Below are positions 39,461 to 49,074 of a stretch of 64,000 nucleotides of DNA, piece by piece; the stretch's first letter is position 1; every line of letters starts with the position of its first letter. The notes below the pieces were generated by a model, which made no database searches, had not been told where the DNA came from, and worked only from the letters and a program-made list of their open reading frames with translations. The stretch covers positions 3,965 through 67,964 of the forward strand of contig JACQFQ010000048.1 in assembly GCA_016199985.1 (NCBI GenBank). The letters are read 5' to 3'. Source of the stretch: Verrucomicrobiota bacterium (GTDB lineage: Bacteria > Verrucomicrobiota > Verrucomicrobiia > Limisphaerales > UBA11320). The position numbers and the translations under genes were made by a program.

Positions 39461-40813
39461 ATGAACGAGAATCCTGCCTCCCCTGTTGTGACTCCTGTCA
39501 CGCGTCGTAACTTTCTGAAGTCCACAAGCACCGCCGTTGCCGGCGGAGCGCTGCTCGGCGCTCTGTCCGCCGAACGATTCGCGCTGGGGGCCTCGCCCGG
39601 CGACACGCTCAAGATCGCCCTGATCGGTTGCGGCGGCCGTGGCTCCGGCGCAGCGAATCAAGCGCTCAGCACCCAAGGCGGCACGAAGCTCATCGCCATG
39701 GCGGATGTGTTCAAGGACCAGCTCGAGGGCAGCCTCCGCAACCTCAAGGAGAAGCACACTGAGAAGGTCGAGGTGCCGCAGGAGAATAAGTTCATCGGAT
39801 TCGACGCTTACAAGCAGGCCATCGCGTTGGCCGATGTCGTCATCCTGGCCACGCCTCCGGGCTTTCGCCCGATGATGTTCGAAGAGGCCGTTCGCCAGGG
39901 AAAACACATCTTCATGGAAAAGCCCGTGGCCGTGGACGGCCCTGGCATCCGTCGCGTCCTGGAGGCCGCCGCGGAGTCCAAGCGCAAGGGGCTGAAGGTC
40001 GGCGTCGGGCTGCAACGCCATCATCAAACCGGCTACCTCGAAACGTTGAAGCGTCTTCACGACGGCGAGATCGGCGACATTGTCGCGATGCGCGCCTACT
40101 GGAACGGTAGCACTCCCTGGGTCAAGCCTCGCAAGAGCCTCGAGCAGAAATTCGGGCGCCCCCTCACCGAAATGGAGTACCAGATGCAGAACTGGTACTA
40201 CTTCACCTGGATCTGCGGCGATCATATCGTCGAGCAACACATCCACAACCTCGACGTCATCAATTGGGTCAAGAATGGCCATCCCGTCCGCTGCCATGGC
40301 ATGGGCGGATGCGAGGTGCGCAAGGGGCAGGACTACGGCGAGATCTTCGACCACCATGCCGTGGAGTACGAGTACGCCGACGGCTCCCGCCTCGGCAGCC
40401 AATGCCGGCACATCCTCAATTGTTGGAACGATGTCTCCGAGCATGTCGTGGGGACCAAGGGGAGCTGCGACGTGTCGCGCCATATGATTCTCGGCCCCAA
40501 TGCCTGGCGCTTCAGGGCGGACAAGGCCAATCCGCCCAAGGACCCCTATCAGCAGGAGCACGACGACCTCTTCGACGCGATCCGCAACGACAAGCCTTAC
40601 AACGAGGCTGAGTACGGGGCTCACAGCTCCCTCACCGCGATCATGGGCCGCATGGCGACCTATTCCGGCAAGATCGTGGAGTGGGACGCCGCTCTGAACT
40701 CCACTTTGGAGACGATGCCGAAGAACCTCGCCTGGGACGCGCCCACACTGGTCAATCCCGGCGCCGACGGCATGTATCCCCGCGCTGTGCCTGGCAAAAC
40801 GGCTTCTCTGTAG
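39461..40813 (+). CDS. Gfo/Idh/MocA-family oxidoreductase with Tat signal
   Basis: TRRNFLKSTSTAVAGGALLGA is a twin-arginine signal. KIALIGCGGRG is the Rossmann loop, and EKPVA is the family motif. Confidence 0.9.
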   Translation: MNENPASPVVTPVTRRNFLKSTSTAVAGGALLGALSAERFALGASPGDTLKIALIGCGGRGSGAANQALSTQGGTKLIAMADVFKDQLEGSLRNLKEKHTEKVEVPQENKFIGFDAYKQAIALADVVILATPPGFRPMMFEEAVRQGKHIFMEKPVAVDGPGIRRVLEAAAESKRKGLKVGVGLQRHHQTGYLETLKRLHDGEIGDIVAMRAYWNGSTPWVKPRKSLEQKFGRPLTEMEYQMQNWYYFTWICGDHIVEQHIHNLDVINWVKNGHPVRCHGMGGCEVRKGQDYGEIFDHHAVEYEYADGSRLGSQCRHILNCWNDVSEHVVGTKGSCDVSRHMILGPNAWRFRADKANPPKDPYQQEHDDLFDAIRNDKPYNEAEYGAHSSLTAIMGRMATYSGKIVEWDAALNSTLETMPKNLAWDAPTLVNPGADGMYPRAVPGKTASL

Positions 40814-40850
40814 TCGAGCCTTCACCACAAGTTTCTCCTACAAAACCCCA

Positions 40851-40883
40851 AGCCCCCGGCGCGAAAGCCCGGGGGCTGTTTTG
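40851..40883 (+). terminator. Rho-independent terminator after the oxidoreductase gene
   Basis: Stem agcccccgg (40851-40859), loop, stem ccgggggct (40869-40877), followed by gttttg. Confidence 0.7.
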
Positions 40884-40909
40884 ATTCAAGGTCCGTGCTT
40901 CCTCATCGC

Positions 40910-41986
40910 ATGCGACTCCTCATCCCAACCCGCGCGTTCGCTCGTTGCCGGCTCGCCGCTTTGACCCAGACCGCCCGCGCCGTTCTTCTGGGGTGCTTCC
41001 TTCTCATCCTGGGCGGCGCGCTCCTGGACGCGCGGCAGCCCCCGCTGCGTTCGTTTCAATTCACCGAGGCGCACATGGGCACGATGTGGAGCATCACCTG
41101 CTATGGCCCCGATCGCGAGACCGTGTCGTCAGCGGCGAAGGCCGCGTTCCAGCGGGTGGCGGAGCTTGACGCGATGATGACCGACTACGATTCCAACAGC
41201 GAGCTGCTGCGGCTGGGGGAGGCGCAGTCGGGTGTTGCGCATCCGATCAGCAGGGAGCTCCTGGAGGTCATGGCGGCGGCGCAGAAGGTTTCGCGAGAGT
41301 CGGAAGGCGCCTTCGATATCACGGCGGGGCCGTTGATTCAGGCGTGGCGCCGGGCTCGGCGACAGCGCGAGCTGCCATCGGGCGAGCGCCTGGCCGAAGC
41401 GCTCTCAGTTGTGGGATACACAAACCTGTCGCTCGACCTCCGGCATAGCACGGCGACGTTGCGGGTGCCTCGCATGCGCCTTGATCTTGGCGGCATCGCG
41501 AAGGGATTCGCCGCGGACGCCGCGCTCGAAGTGCTGAGACGCCACGGTATTCGTCGAGCCCTGGTGGCCGCGAGCGGGGACCTCGCCATTGGCGACGCTC
41601 CTCCCGGCGAGCGGGGCTGGAAGATTCGTGTAGGCGATCCGGAAAGCCGCACGAATGTCCTGGCGTTCGCGCTTTACCTTAAGAACGTCGGCGTTTCGAC
41701 ATCGGGCGACGCGGAGCAGTTTGTCCGCATCGAAGGGAAGCAATACTCGCACATCGTGGATCCTGCGACCGGCTCCGGCCTCACGAACCGCGTTCAAGCC
41801 ACCGTGATCGCCGACAGCGCCACCCGCAGCGACGCCTGGGCAACGGCGGCATGCATCCTGGGAGTGGAGAAGGGGACGCGAGCCCTGGATCGCGATAGGA
41901 GGTTGAGCGCGCTTTTCGTCGTTCCCGGTCCGGCGACCGGGCTGCGACTGATTCCCACGCGCCGATTCCCAGCCGGCGGGCCATAG
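40910..41986 (+). CDS. apbE: FAD:protein FMN transferase (ApbE family)
   Basis: MGT.W.I, S.L..LN-like region, GAFDITAGPLIQAW, LDLGGIAKGFAAD and YSHIVDPATG are ApbE hallmarks. ATG at 40910 preferred over GTG at 40895. Confidence 0.9.
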   Translation: MRLLIPTRAFARCRLAALTQTARAVLLGCFLLILGGALLDARQPPLRSFQFTEAHMGTMWSITCYGPDRETVSSAAKAAFQRVAELDAMMTDYDSNSELLRLGEAQSGVAHPISRELLEVMAAAQKVSRESEGAFDITAGPLIQAWRRARRQRELPSGERLAEALSVVGYTNLSLDLRHSTATLRVPRMRLDLGGIAKGFAADAALEVLRRHGIRRALVAASGDLAIGDAPPGERGWKIRVGDPESRTNVLAFALYLKNVGVSTSGDAEQFVRIEGKQYSHIVDPATGSGLTNRVQATVIADSATRSDAWATAACILGVEKGTRALDRDRRLSALFVVPGPATGLRLIPTRRFPAGGP

Positions 41987-42011
41987 GACTTCGGTCGCGT
42001 GACGGTCAGGA

Positions 42012-45000
42012 TCACGGATTCCAATGAACCTGATAGAAAACCTTGCCTCGGATGTCGGGGAGGCTGTTCGTAACTCTCCAAACTCCTCGATCATAAACGG
42101 GGAGGTTTTTCACTGCGGCCCAGTGGATGGGTGGAGTGAGCGAAGTGGTCTGCATGATCGTCAGCTGCCGACTGTCCGCTGTGGCGATTTCCATCCTGAT
42201 GTCGTCCTTGATACGCTTGATCTCTCGAACGGACCCGCATTGGTTCAACACCCGGAGCTGGCTGGTGGCGCTAAATATTTTTCCAGCGAAGCGCAATTTG
42301 GCGGAGATCTTTGCGTCGGCATCTGAAGACAGCTGAAGAGCGCTGGCAGTGGGGTTGGCTGCGCTAACGGACGCGTCGAGCCGAATGGGGCCTTCGACAG
42401 ACCACTCTGGCTCCACGGGAAGCTCTGATAGATCGGCGAACACAGCCTTGGCGCTGACACGGTCACTTCGATCCTCACACATCAGTGTCGGGGCGACCAA
42501 AGTGATCTGTCGAAGTCCCTTGGGCACTGGGCTGGGGGGATCGGATCGAATCACTCCCCCGTTGGGTCCTCCGAAGGGTTGAACCACAGGCCATTTTCCG
42601 TAGACGAGGAGGGACGAGTCGACGGGTTGCCACGCGCCCCCAAGGAACTCCAGCAGGACCGCGTACACGGACCAGCCCACCGAAGAGCCTCCACCTGGAC
42701 TCACATCCGGGCCTGGACCGGGGAAGCAGACATTGGCGTAGGAAATGTCCAAGCTTTCACCTGGGGAGATCGCTCGTGGCACGAGAATGCTTTGCAGTGG
42801 AACAGTCTTAGTATCCGGAAAACTCGAACCCATAGTGCGGCTGTTTCCGTTGATTGCGTAGAGCTGAAGCGAAAGAGGGCCTGTCATGGCCTGGCCATAG
42901 TTGGACAGATGGATCTGCCCGCTGACCTTGGCGCTGTTTGAGACGTCGGAGCAGGTCCCAACATCGGCGCAAGTGCTGACGATATTCAACGTGGAATAGT
43001 CCACCGTGAGGACATAATCTCCTGAGTATTGACGGACGAGTTTGTCACGCCCTGGCAGAAAAAGGTTCTTAGTGCGGAGCGAACCGTCGAGCATGATCCA
43101 GTATGTCTTTCCTTCCTGGGGCACAAATATCACCGCGCTAGAGAGCGCGGTGGGCTGGTTGGCGCCCGCGCACGGGCTAGTCGTTACATCATCGTTTATG
43201 TGAACGTCTGGACTACCTGGGTAATCGCCATAAACCGCCAGCAAAGTGTCAAAGCTGCTGCCTGCGGTGCTAATCATAACAGGCCTGGTGGAGGAGGAGG
43301 CAGTTGGAGGCGCCGTCCATCTCCACCACACGGTTTTGTTTGCGTGATCAGCTGCGAAGGGTTGGGGATCCGAAGTCTCATGACTAGCGGCTAGGGTGCT
43401 TCCCTGAACACGTGCCCAGTCACCCGCCAAATCGACCGCCGATGCTCGGGCATCATTTTGGGGATGAGGAAAGGAGTCTAGGGTAAAGCCTACTTCACCC
43501 TCGTCGCAACAGACGGCGGTCATTCGAATCTGGTACTCAGCCCCACCGATGACATCGAAGAAAAGGGCATTGATGGGGTTGTTATTCTCCAGTGGCAATA
43601 CGTCCACCCGTGCGCTTGCAACCTCGTGCAAACTGCAGGAGGCAGACCCTGTGTAGACCGCAAGCTGGTGATCGATCAGGCTCGCTGAGCTATCGATTAT
43701 TGCGGTTCCGTTTACCGGCGCGGTCCAAGCCCACCAGACCGACCCACCACTTTGGTCAGAAGAGGAATGCGCCGGCTCCACTTCGTAGGATGCGTTTCTC
43801 GTCGTGCTGGCGCCCTGCGCATGAGTTCCGATGAGTGCCGTTCTATTCTGGAAGAAATCATTGTCTGGAACAGTCTCATTCGCGGACTCCAGGTATAGGG
43901 AAAACTCCTTCTGGTCGCCATTCACGCCACCGGCGGCGATCAAGTAATGATCGCCGGCATGCGCATTGAATTGTATCCGCTGCCCCTCAAAGCCGCTGCC
44001 GGTGGAGAGAGCAAGCAGTGACAGTTTCGAAGCCGAATTCCCTTTAAAAGCGCCTAACCAAATGTTCTCCGTATCAACGTATGCCGTGAATGGGCCTGTT
44101 GAAGGAGCGGTCCAATCCCACCACAGTGAACGGTCGGCTTTGAAACAGTCGGTGAGATGTTCCCCCGGATCACTCGTGGCGCCGAAGTTTTGCGTCCTCG
44201 TGTAGAAGCTGTTTCCGGAAATGCGTTCGGCGTTGGCGAAGGCGTCGTTGGGGGCGGTCGCGAGCATCGAGATATTGAGAACCGTATGGCCCCTGGCGCC
44301 CGAGTAACCATCGACGGCGATCTGATAGACAACGTCTCGTTCAACCGGTATCACCAGACGACTTCCCGTGGTCGTGGCAGCCCCACCTGAGACTCGCCTT
44401 ACGAAGCTTAACGGATAATTCGAACCTGTGTAGATCGCCAGTACGTCTTCGAAGTCGCTTCCCTCAGTACTAATCACCGCCCCTCCTGTAGCCGGAGCTT
44501 TCCAACTCCACCAGATCGAGCGGCCGGTCGCCCCTCCAAAGTGAGAGGGTTCGCCGGGCTCCACGCTTGCCCCAAGGTTATCAGACCTGGAGGTTGCCGT
44601 GAATCCGGCCAGCAGGATGCGGTTTGCGAAATTGTCGTTGATCGGGGGAGGGTAACGAACGATCAGGACGGCCGGTGCAGAATCAAGGCTGCCGGCACAG
44701 TTGCTCACCCGACAGACATAGGAGCCACTTTGAGATTCCACAAGACCGTCTAGTGCGAGGGTCGGAGCCGTTGCAGAAGCGATGGAAACCCCGTCCTTGA
44801 ACCAATGATAGCTGATGGGAGCAGTCCCGGCCGCCACCACGGAGAGCTTGATGGACGCTCCCACCGTCGTCGAAGCTCCGGAAGGTTGGCCTGAGATTGT
44901 CACAGGAAAGCAGCAACCTCGGACCGTGAATCGCAAAACGCGCCACGGGTCAGCGCAGGCGGAGATATTTCTAATACCTAGTGTGTAGCGTTTACATGCT

Positions 45001-45350
45001 ACAAGCCCACTATAACTGATTTCCGGCGTGGCCGCTTGGTGCCGCTTGGCGACGACGTCGTGCACATAACGCCCACTGACGCGAACTTGAGTTTCGTTAT
45101 TGATGTAGGCGATGTCGGGGCTGGAGGTATCCTCTGACCAACCTTCAAAAAGAACAACCTCGCCCAGCTTTGCTCCTCCTGTCCACTTCCAGCCCACGAA
45201 GCGTCCCGAGCCCGGGACATCGGCGTCGCCATCAGCAAGATTAGTCGGGTCGGTTGGGACAGGACACGCTCCAAAGGCCACCGCGACAAAGAAAAGACTG
45301 AAGAGGTGAATCAGACCATTGAAGCAGCGGTGTGAGGATGTTGGTTGCAT
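42012..45350 (-). CDS. Large secreted repeat protein (1112 aa): N-terminal domain, Ig-like domain, four tandem PPC-like modules, CARDB/Big-like C-terminal region, FYQV C-terminal module
   Basis: The ATG at 45350 gives MQPTSSHRCFNGLIHLFSLFFVAVAFGA (signal peptide). ISYHWFKDGVSI...SGSYVCRVSN is an Ig I-set-like motif. It sits directly downstream of the ECF sigma gene, on the same strand, in a lower-GC region. Confidence 0.8.
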   Translation of the reverse strand: MQPTSSHRCFNGLIHLFSLFFVAVAFGACPVPTDPTNLADGDADVPGSGRFVGWKWTGGAKLGEVVLFEGWSEDTSSPDIAYINNETQVRVSGRYVHDVVAKRHQAATPEISYSGLVACKRYTLGIRNISACADPWRVLRFTVRGCCFPVTISGQPSGASTTVGASIKLSVVAAGTAPISYHWFKDGVSIASATAPTLALDGLVESQSGSYVCRVSNCAGSLDSAPAVLIVRYPPPINDNFANRILLAGFTATSRSDNLGASVEPGEPSHFGGATGRSIWWSWKAPATGGAVISTEGSDFEDVLAIYTGSNYPLSFVRRVSGGAATTTGSRLVIPVERDVVYQIAVDGYSGARGHTVLNISMLATAPNDAFANAERISGNSFYTRTQNFGATSDPGEHLTDCFKADRSLWWDWTAPSTGPFTAYVDTENIWLGAFKGNSASKLSLLALSTGSGFEGQRIQFNAHAGDHYLIAAGGVNGDQKEFSLYLESANETVPDNDFFQNRTALIGTHAQGASTTRNASYEVEPAHSSSDQSGGSVWWAWTAPVNGTAIIDSSASLIDHQLAVYTGSASCSLHEVASARVDVLPLENNNPINALFFDVIGGAEYQIRMTAVCCDEGEVGFTLDSFPHPQNDARASAVDLAGDWARVQGSTLAASHETSDPQPFAADHANKTVWWRWTAPPTASSSTRPVMISTAGSSFDTLLAVYGDYPGSPDVHINDDVTTSPCAGANQPTALSSAVIFVPQEGKTYWIMLDGSLRTKNLFLPGRDKLVRQYSGDYVLTVDYSTLNIVSTCADVGTCSDVSNSAKVSGQIHLSNYGQAMTGPLSLQLYAINGNSRTMGSSFPDTKTVPLQSILVPRAISPGESLDISYANVCFPGPGPDVSPGGGSSVGWSVYAVLLEFLGGAWQPVDSSLLVYGKWPVVQPFGGPNGGVIRSDPPSPVPKGLRQITLVAPTLMCEDRSDRVSAKAVFADLSELPVEPEWSVEGPIRLDASVSAANPTASALQLSSDADAKISAKLRFAGKIFSATSQLRVLNQCGSVREIKRIKDDIRMEIATADSRQLTIMQTTSLTPPIHWAAVKNLPVYDRGVWRVTNSLPDIRGKVFYQVHWNP
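43000..44651 (-). repeat. Four tandem divergent protein modules of about 125-160 aa (pre-peptidase C-terminal-like beta-sandwich pattern)
   Basis: Each unit shows ND.F.N......G.........(E/D)PGE(P)..........S(I/L/V)WW.W.AP..G.......(S/E)..FD..LAVY.G......Y.I..DG. Unit boundaries lie near aa 272, 400, 527 and 664 of the 1150-aa track ORF. Confidence 0.7.
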
Positions 45351-45631
45351 TTGATTGTAATACTCTTTCGAGCCGCACAGGGAAGGTCCTGGCCTTGAAA
45401 GAGGTCGCCAAATGGATTCTGTGCCGAATCGCTGTTGGCTGGATGGATGATCGCATGGGTTCAAGTGATTTGTAACTCACAGGGTCGTTGGTGTCGAGAT
45501 CGTCGGTCTTCTGTTCTCAACGACCCAGCTCGGTCCAGGAACCATGAGTCTGACTTCGTAGTCTTCAGTTCCCGTCACCTTCCGGTAAGAGGTTCGTGTG
45601 ATCGCGCGGACGAGTCTATGAGTATGGATCG

Positions 45632-46420
45632 CTACCTGGAGGCGACCTTGAGTAGGTACCTGATCTCGTCATCAACGTCCTCTGGTTTTTCGACGATTTT
45701 CGCCGCCTCCAACCGAAGCAGCTCAGCATAGCGCTTTCGACACCGCAACAGGGCGACTCGAAAAGCGCCTTCGGTCATTCTCGATGCCGAGGCGGCCGAT
45801 TGTTGAGAGACCCCCTCGCTATCCGTGAGAAAAGGGCGCATGTTCTGAAACACCTCGGATTGGTCCCTTTGTTTGTAGTCCCTCTCCAATGCGTTAATCA
45901 CGTTTGAAAAGAAAGCGTGGGCAAACGCGGAATCGAACCGCTCATCGGACGCAGATGGATTGTCGGCTGGTAACAATAAGATGGAATCGCCCAGTGCGGT
46001 CTGTTCATCCAGCGAAATGACCTCAACAGCCCCGCCTCGTTTCTGGGTCTTCGTGAGGCGCATCCTGTCGATTGCGAAGTGTTGCACCGATCTGAACAGG
46101 AAACTTCGAAAACGTCCCTTGGAAGGTTCCGCCTGCCTGGCGACTTCGCGGATTCGGTCCGCAACAAAATCCTGAAAACAATCCTGCGCTTCCTGATGTG
46201 AGCCGCTCAATCCCGAGTTCCGCAACCATGAGACAAAGGGAACGGAGTAGTTGGCTAGTAGTTGTTCCAAGGCCTTTGGGTCATCCTTGCTCGCGAGTTT
46301 GACTCCATTCCAGTCGGTGGTGAGAAGGCTAAATCCGTTTTCTCTTGTAGGGTCAGCGCCGCGGCCGGCTGGGAGCTCAGTCCTCAATCTAGCGCCACCC
46401 GAGCTTGAAGAGTTGGACAT
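45632..46420 (-). CDS. ECF-type RNA polymerase sigma factor, ECF43-like (Ser/Thr-kinase-associated class)
   Basis: The pattern TTDWNGV...ALEQLLANYSVPFVSWLR...EAQDCFQDFVADRI...KGRFRSFLFRSVQHFAIDRMRLTKTQKRGG...SLDE, then MTEGAFRVALLRCRKRYAELLR (region 4), matches the kinase-linked ECF family as I remember it. ATG at 46420 preferred over 46540. No anti-sigma gene is adjacent. Confidence 0.8.
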   Translation of the reverse strand: MSNSSSSGGARLRTELPAGRGADPTRENGFSLLTTDWNGVKLASKDDPKALEQLLANYSVPFVSWLRNSGLSGSHQEAQDCFQDFVADRIREVARQAEPSKGRFRSFLFRSVQHFAIDRMRLTKTQKRGGAVEVISLDEQTALGDSILLLPADNPSASDERFDSAFAHAFFSNVINALERDYKQRDQSEVFQNMRPFLTDSEGVSQQSAASASRMTEGAFRVALLRCRKRYAELLRLEAAKIVEKPEDVDDEIRYLLKVASR

Positions 46421-46569
46421 GGCAGCGGTATATCTCCTGCGCAGCACTTTTGCAAGCCAGCGAGCAAACCCGTAACAGATGCCCAAACATCCCGTAGTGA
46501 AAGAGGAGTGAAGCGAGACGATTCGGCAATGCATCGGCATTTATCAAGCACCTTGGCTTCCATGGTTCG

Positions 46570-49074
46570 ATGGCCTCGATTTCGATGAATGATAAGCCAC
46601 AGCCCACCCCCTTTCCCAGGGAGGTGCGTTACTTCGGGAGGTATCTTCTCCTGGGTGAGCTCGGCCGCGGCGCAATGGGGGTTGTGTATCTGGCGGAGCA
46701 GGAGGGCCTGGGGAGATCTGTTGCCATCAAGATGATCGATCTCGAGGGGAACGATGATGGCGCGAGGATCGACAGGTTCCTGGCGGAGGCGAAGGCAATC
46801 GCCGCTTTGGATCACCCGAATATCGTCAAGATCATTGAAGTGGGCGTCCATGAAGGGACTCACTTTTTCTCCATGGAATATGTTGAGGGGGGGAATCTTC
46901 AGGAAGTCATTGATGCGGCAGGCGAGGAGTGCGGCGACCACCTCAAGCGCTATTGCATAAAGAATGCCTCTCTTTTCTCGGTGCGATCCGTCGTGGAGCT
47001 CTTGGCCGCGCTTGCGAGAGCCCTCGAACATGCGCATGCAAGGGGCATCATCCATCGAGACCTGAAGCCCTCCAACATCCTCGTTGAGGATTCCGGGGCG
47101 CCTCGCATCACAGACTTCGGCATTGCCAAGAACTTAGGCTCCGACAGTCGCCGGACCGTGGCGGGCGCAATCTTCGGCACACCTTTCTACATGTCCCCCG
47201 AGCAAGCGGCCGGCCAGACCGAGGAAATCACCGGCCAATCGGATGTATTCAGTCTCGGCGTGATCCTCTATCAGCTGCTTAGCGGACGGCTGCCGCACGG
47301 CGCAACGAAGTCCTCCCGTGAGGAAGTCCTGGCGGCGGTGCAGACGGAAGAGGCTATCCCGCCCAAACGGATCAATCCAGTTATCGACCGCGATCTAAAC
47401 ACTCTTTGCCTGCATTGTCTTTACAAGGAGCCTGCTCGCAGATACCGATCAGCGAAAGCCCTGGCGGAAGACCTCGAAAACTGGCTCGGCCATCGCCCGA
47501 TCAAGGCCCGGCCTGCGTCCACGCCTGAGAAGTGCATCAAGTGGGTTAAGCGTAATGAGGTCCTCGCGTTCATGATAGGAGTGCTTGTTCTGAGCTTGAT
47601 CACGGGGTTCTCGGTTTCACTCCAGCACCGCAGGCGCGCGGAAGCCTCCGATATCCTGCGCAAGGCCTCCGGAATAGCCGCGGTATTCGAGCGAGTGGAG
47701 AAGGACTTGGATACTACCGCCGGGGTCGGGAGGGCGGTTTTCACTCTCTGCAAAGCCTTGGAGGCGGATCCAGAGGACCGGGAACTGCAGGAGCGAGTCA
47801 TCAACCTGATGATTCACAGAAGATTCCTGGTGCCTTTGCCGGCAGGAGCGCGAGATCTGGTCCGCATCCCCAGCGCAGTGCGAGGATCGAACCCGCGTGT
47901 TGTCGTCTCCAGGTCCGGCAGGCTGGTAATGAGCGCCACCAACAGCGACCGGATCACGGCGTGGGAGGTGGGGAATAGTCTCCCGCGGCGTTTTTTCCAG
48001 CCAACAAAGCCTTCGGTTTTGCGCTCACTCGCCCTGGATGGGGCCGGTGAGTTCGTTGCGGCAGGCTTGGACAACGGAACCGTCGACCTTTGGCGGGTGG
48101 CCAGCGGTGCGCACATCCGAAGCGTCTCGATCTCGAATTCGGTCGTCGCCCTCGCCTTCGCTTTCTCTGAACCCGTGCTTGCTGTCGGCGCCGCAGACGG
48201 CGCCCTCCGTCTGATCGACATCCGGAGCGGGCGGAATCTGGTCGAGATCCTCACCGGTGCGAGGGCCATCAGCTCGCTCGCGTTTTCACCCATCGACAGA
48301 CTGATTGCGGTTTGTGATGAGGAGGGTTTTGTCAGCCTCTGGAACTGGGGTGGATTCAATGCCGTCGCGGAGACCAAAGTGGGTGCGGGCAGCGAGCCAG
48401 CTCAACGCCTTGAGTTTTCTGAGGATGGCAGAACTTTGATCTGCTTTGGATCGGACGGCGAGGTTCAGGCTTTGCGACTCAGCCTTGGAGAAATGGCTCT
48501 GGCGGGGCCTGCGACTCATTTGGAGACAGCCAGAGCATTTGCTCCGTTCGTCGATCCTCTGATCACTGCCACGAACTCCAGCTTGGACGGGAAATTCTCC
48601 GCCGCGGGTTCCAGTGATCACTCCCTGCGAATCTGGGGGACTCGTTTGAGCCAGCCAATGCTTCGCTTTCTGCCCAACAACGACATCGTGAGTCGTCTGG
48701 CTTTCAGTCCTGACGGCAAGCGTCTCGCGACAGCCACTGCCGGGAGACGTTTGCGTTTGTGGTCCGTTCCTGAAGGGCTCCCGCTCAGCGATTCACTGCG
48801 GATGGAGTCGCCCATAACCGCATTGGCTTTTCACGAGGATGGACTTTGGATGCTGACCGATTCCAACAAGCCCAAACGGATTCACAGGGCTCAAGGTCCG
48901 GCGCCAGAGTGGTTATGGGTGGTGGTTTCGAGAATGGCCGGAGTCGATGACGCAGACGCGGTTCGTGACCCTGGCAACGTCAAGAGATACGAGAACGCCT
49001 TCAAGGCGATGCAGGAAAAAAAGCTAAACCCGGAGCTTGCAAGGGTGACGCTCAGTTTACTCGGCATCGAATGA
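46570..49074 (+). CDS. Membrane Ser/Thr protein kinase with extracytoplasmic WD40 beta-propeller
   Basis: Hanks kinase motifs GELGRGAMGVVY, VAIKMI, HRDLKPSNILV, DFGIAK and YMSPEQ. One TM helix (VLAFMIGVLVLSLITGFSVSL, nt 47560-47622). After it come six or more WD-like blades (ITAWEV, VDLWRV, LRLIDI, VSLWNW, LRIWGT, LRLWSV). Confidence 0.92.
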   Translation: MASISMNDKPQPTPFPREVRYFGRYLLLGELGRGAMGVVYLAEQEGLGRSVAIKMIDLEGNDDGARIDRFLAEAKAIAALDHPNIVKIIEVGVHEGTHFFSMEYVEGGNLQEVIDAAGEECGDHLKRYCIKNASLFSVRSVVELLAALARALEHAHARGIIHRDLKPSNILVEDSGAPRITDFGIAKNLGSDSRRTVAGAIFGTPFYMSPEQAAGQTEEITGQSDVFSLGVILYQLLSGRLPHGATKSSREEVLAAVQTEEAIPPKRINPVIDRDLNTLCLHCLYKEPARRYRSAKALAEDLENWLGHRPIKARPASTPEKCIKWVKRNEVLAFMIGVLVLSLITGFSVSLQHRRRAEASDILRKASGIAAVFERVEKDLDTTAGVGRAVFTLCKALEADPEDRELQERVINLMIHRRFLVPLPAGARDLVRIPSAVRGSNPRVVVSRSGRLVMSATNSDRITAWEVGNSLPRRFFQPTKPSVLRSLALDGAGEFVAAGLDNGTVDLWRVASGAHIRSVSISNSVVALAFAFSEPVLAVGAADGALRLIDIRSGRNLVEILTGARAISSLAFSPIDRLIAVCDEEGFVSLWNWGGFNAVAETKVGAGSEPAQRLEFSEDGRTLICFGSDGEVQALRLSLGEMALAGPATHLETARAFAPFVDPLITATNSSLDGKFSAAGSSDHSLRIWGTRLSQPMLRFLPNNDIVSRLAFSPDGKRLATATAGRRLRLWSVPEGLPLSDSLRMESPITALAFHEDGLWMLTDSNKPKRIHRAQGPAPEWLWVVVSRMAGVDDADAVRDPGNVKRYENAFKAMQEKKLNPELARVTLSLLGIE

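Noticed and set aside
45351-46569. Looked for ECF-type promoters (GGAAC -35 with a CGT/GTC -10 at 16-17 nt) upstream of the large secreted-protein gene and in the sigma/kinase divergent spacer
   Set aside because: GGAAC strings exist (minus strand around 45560-45590), but the spacing to any plausible -10 element did not fit. No call is made without a motif model for this ECF group.
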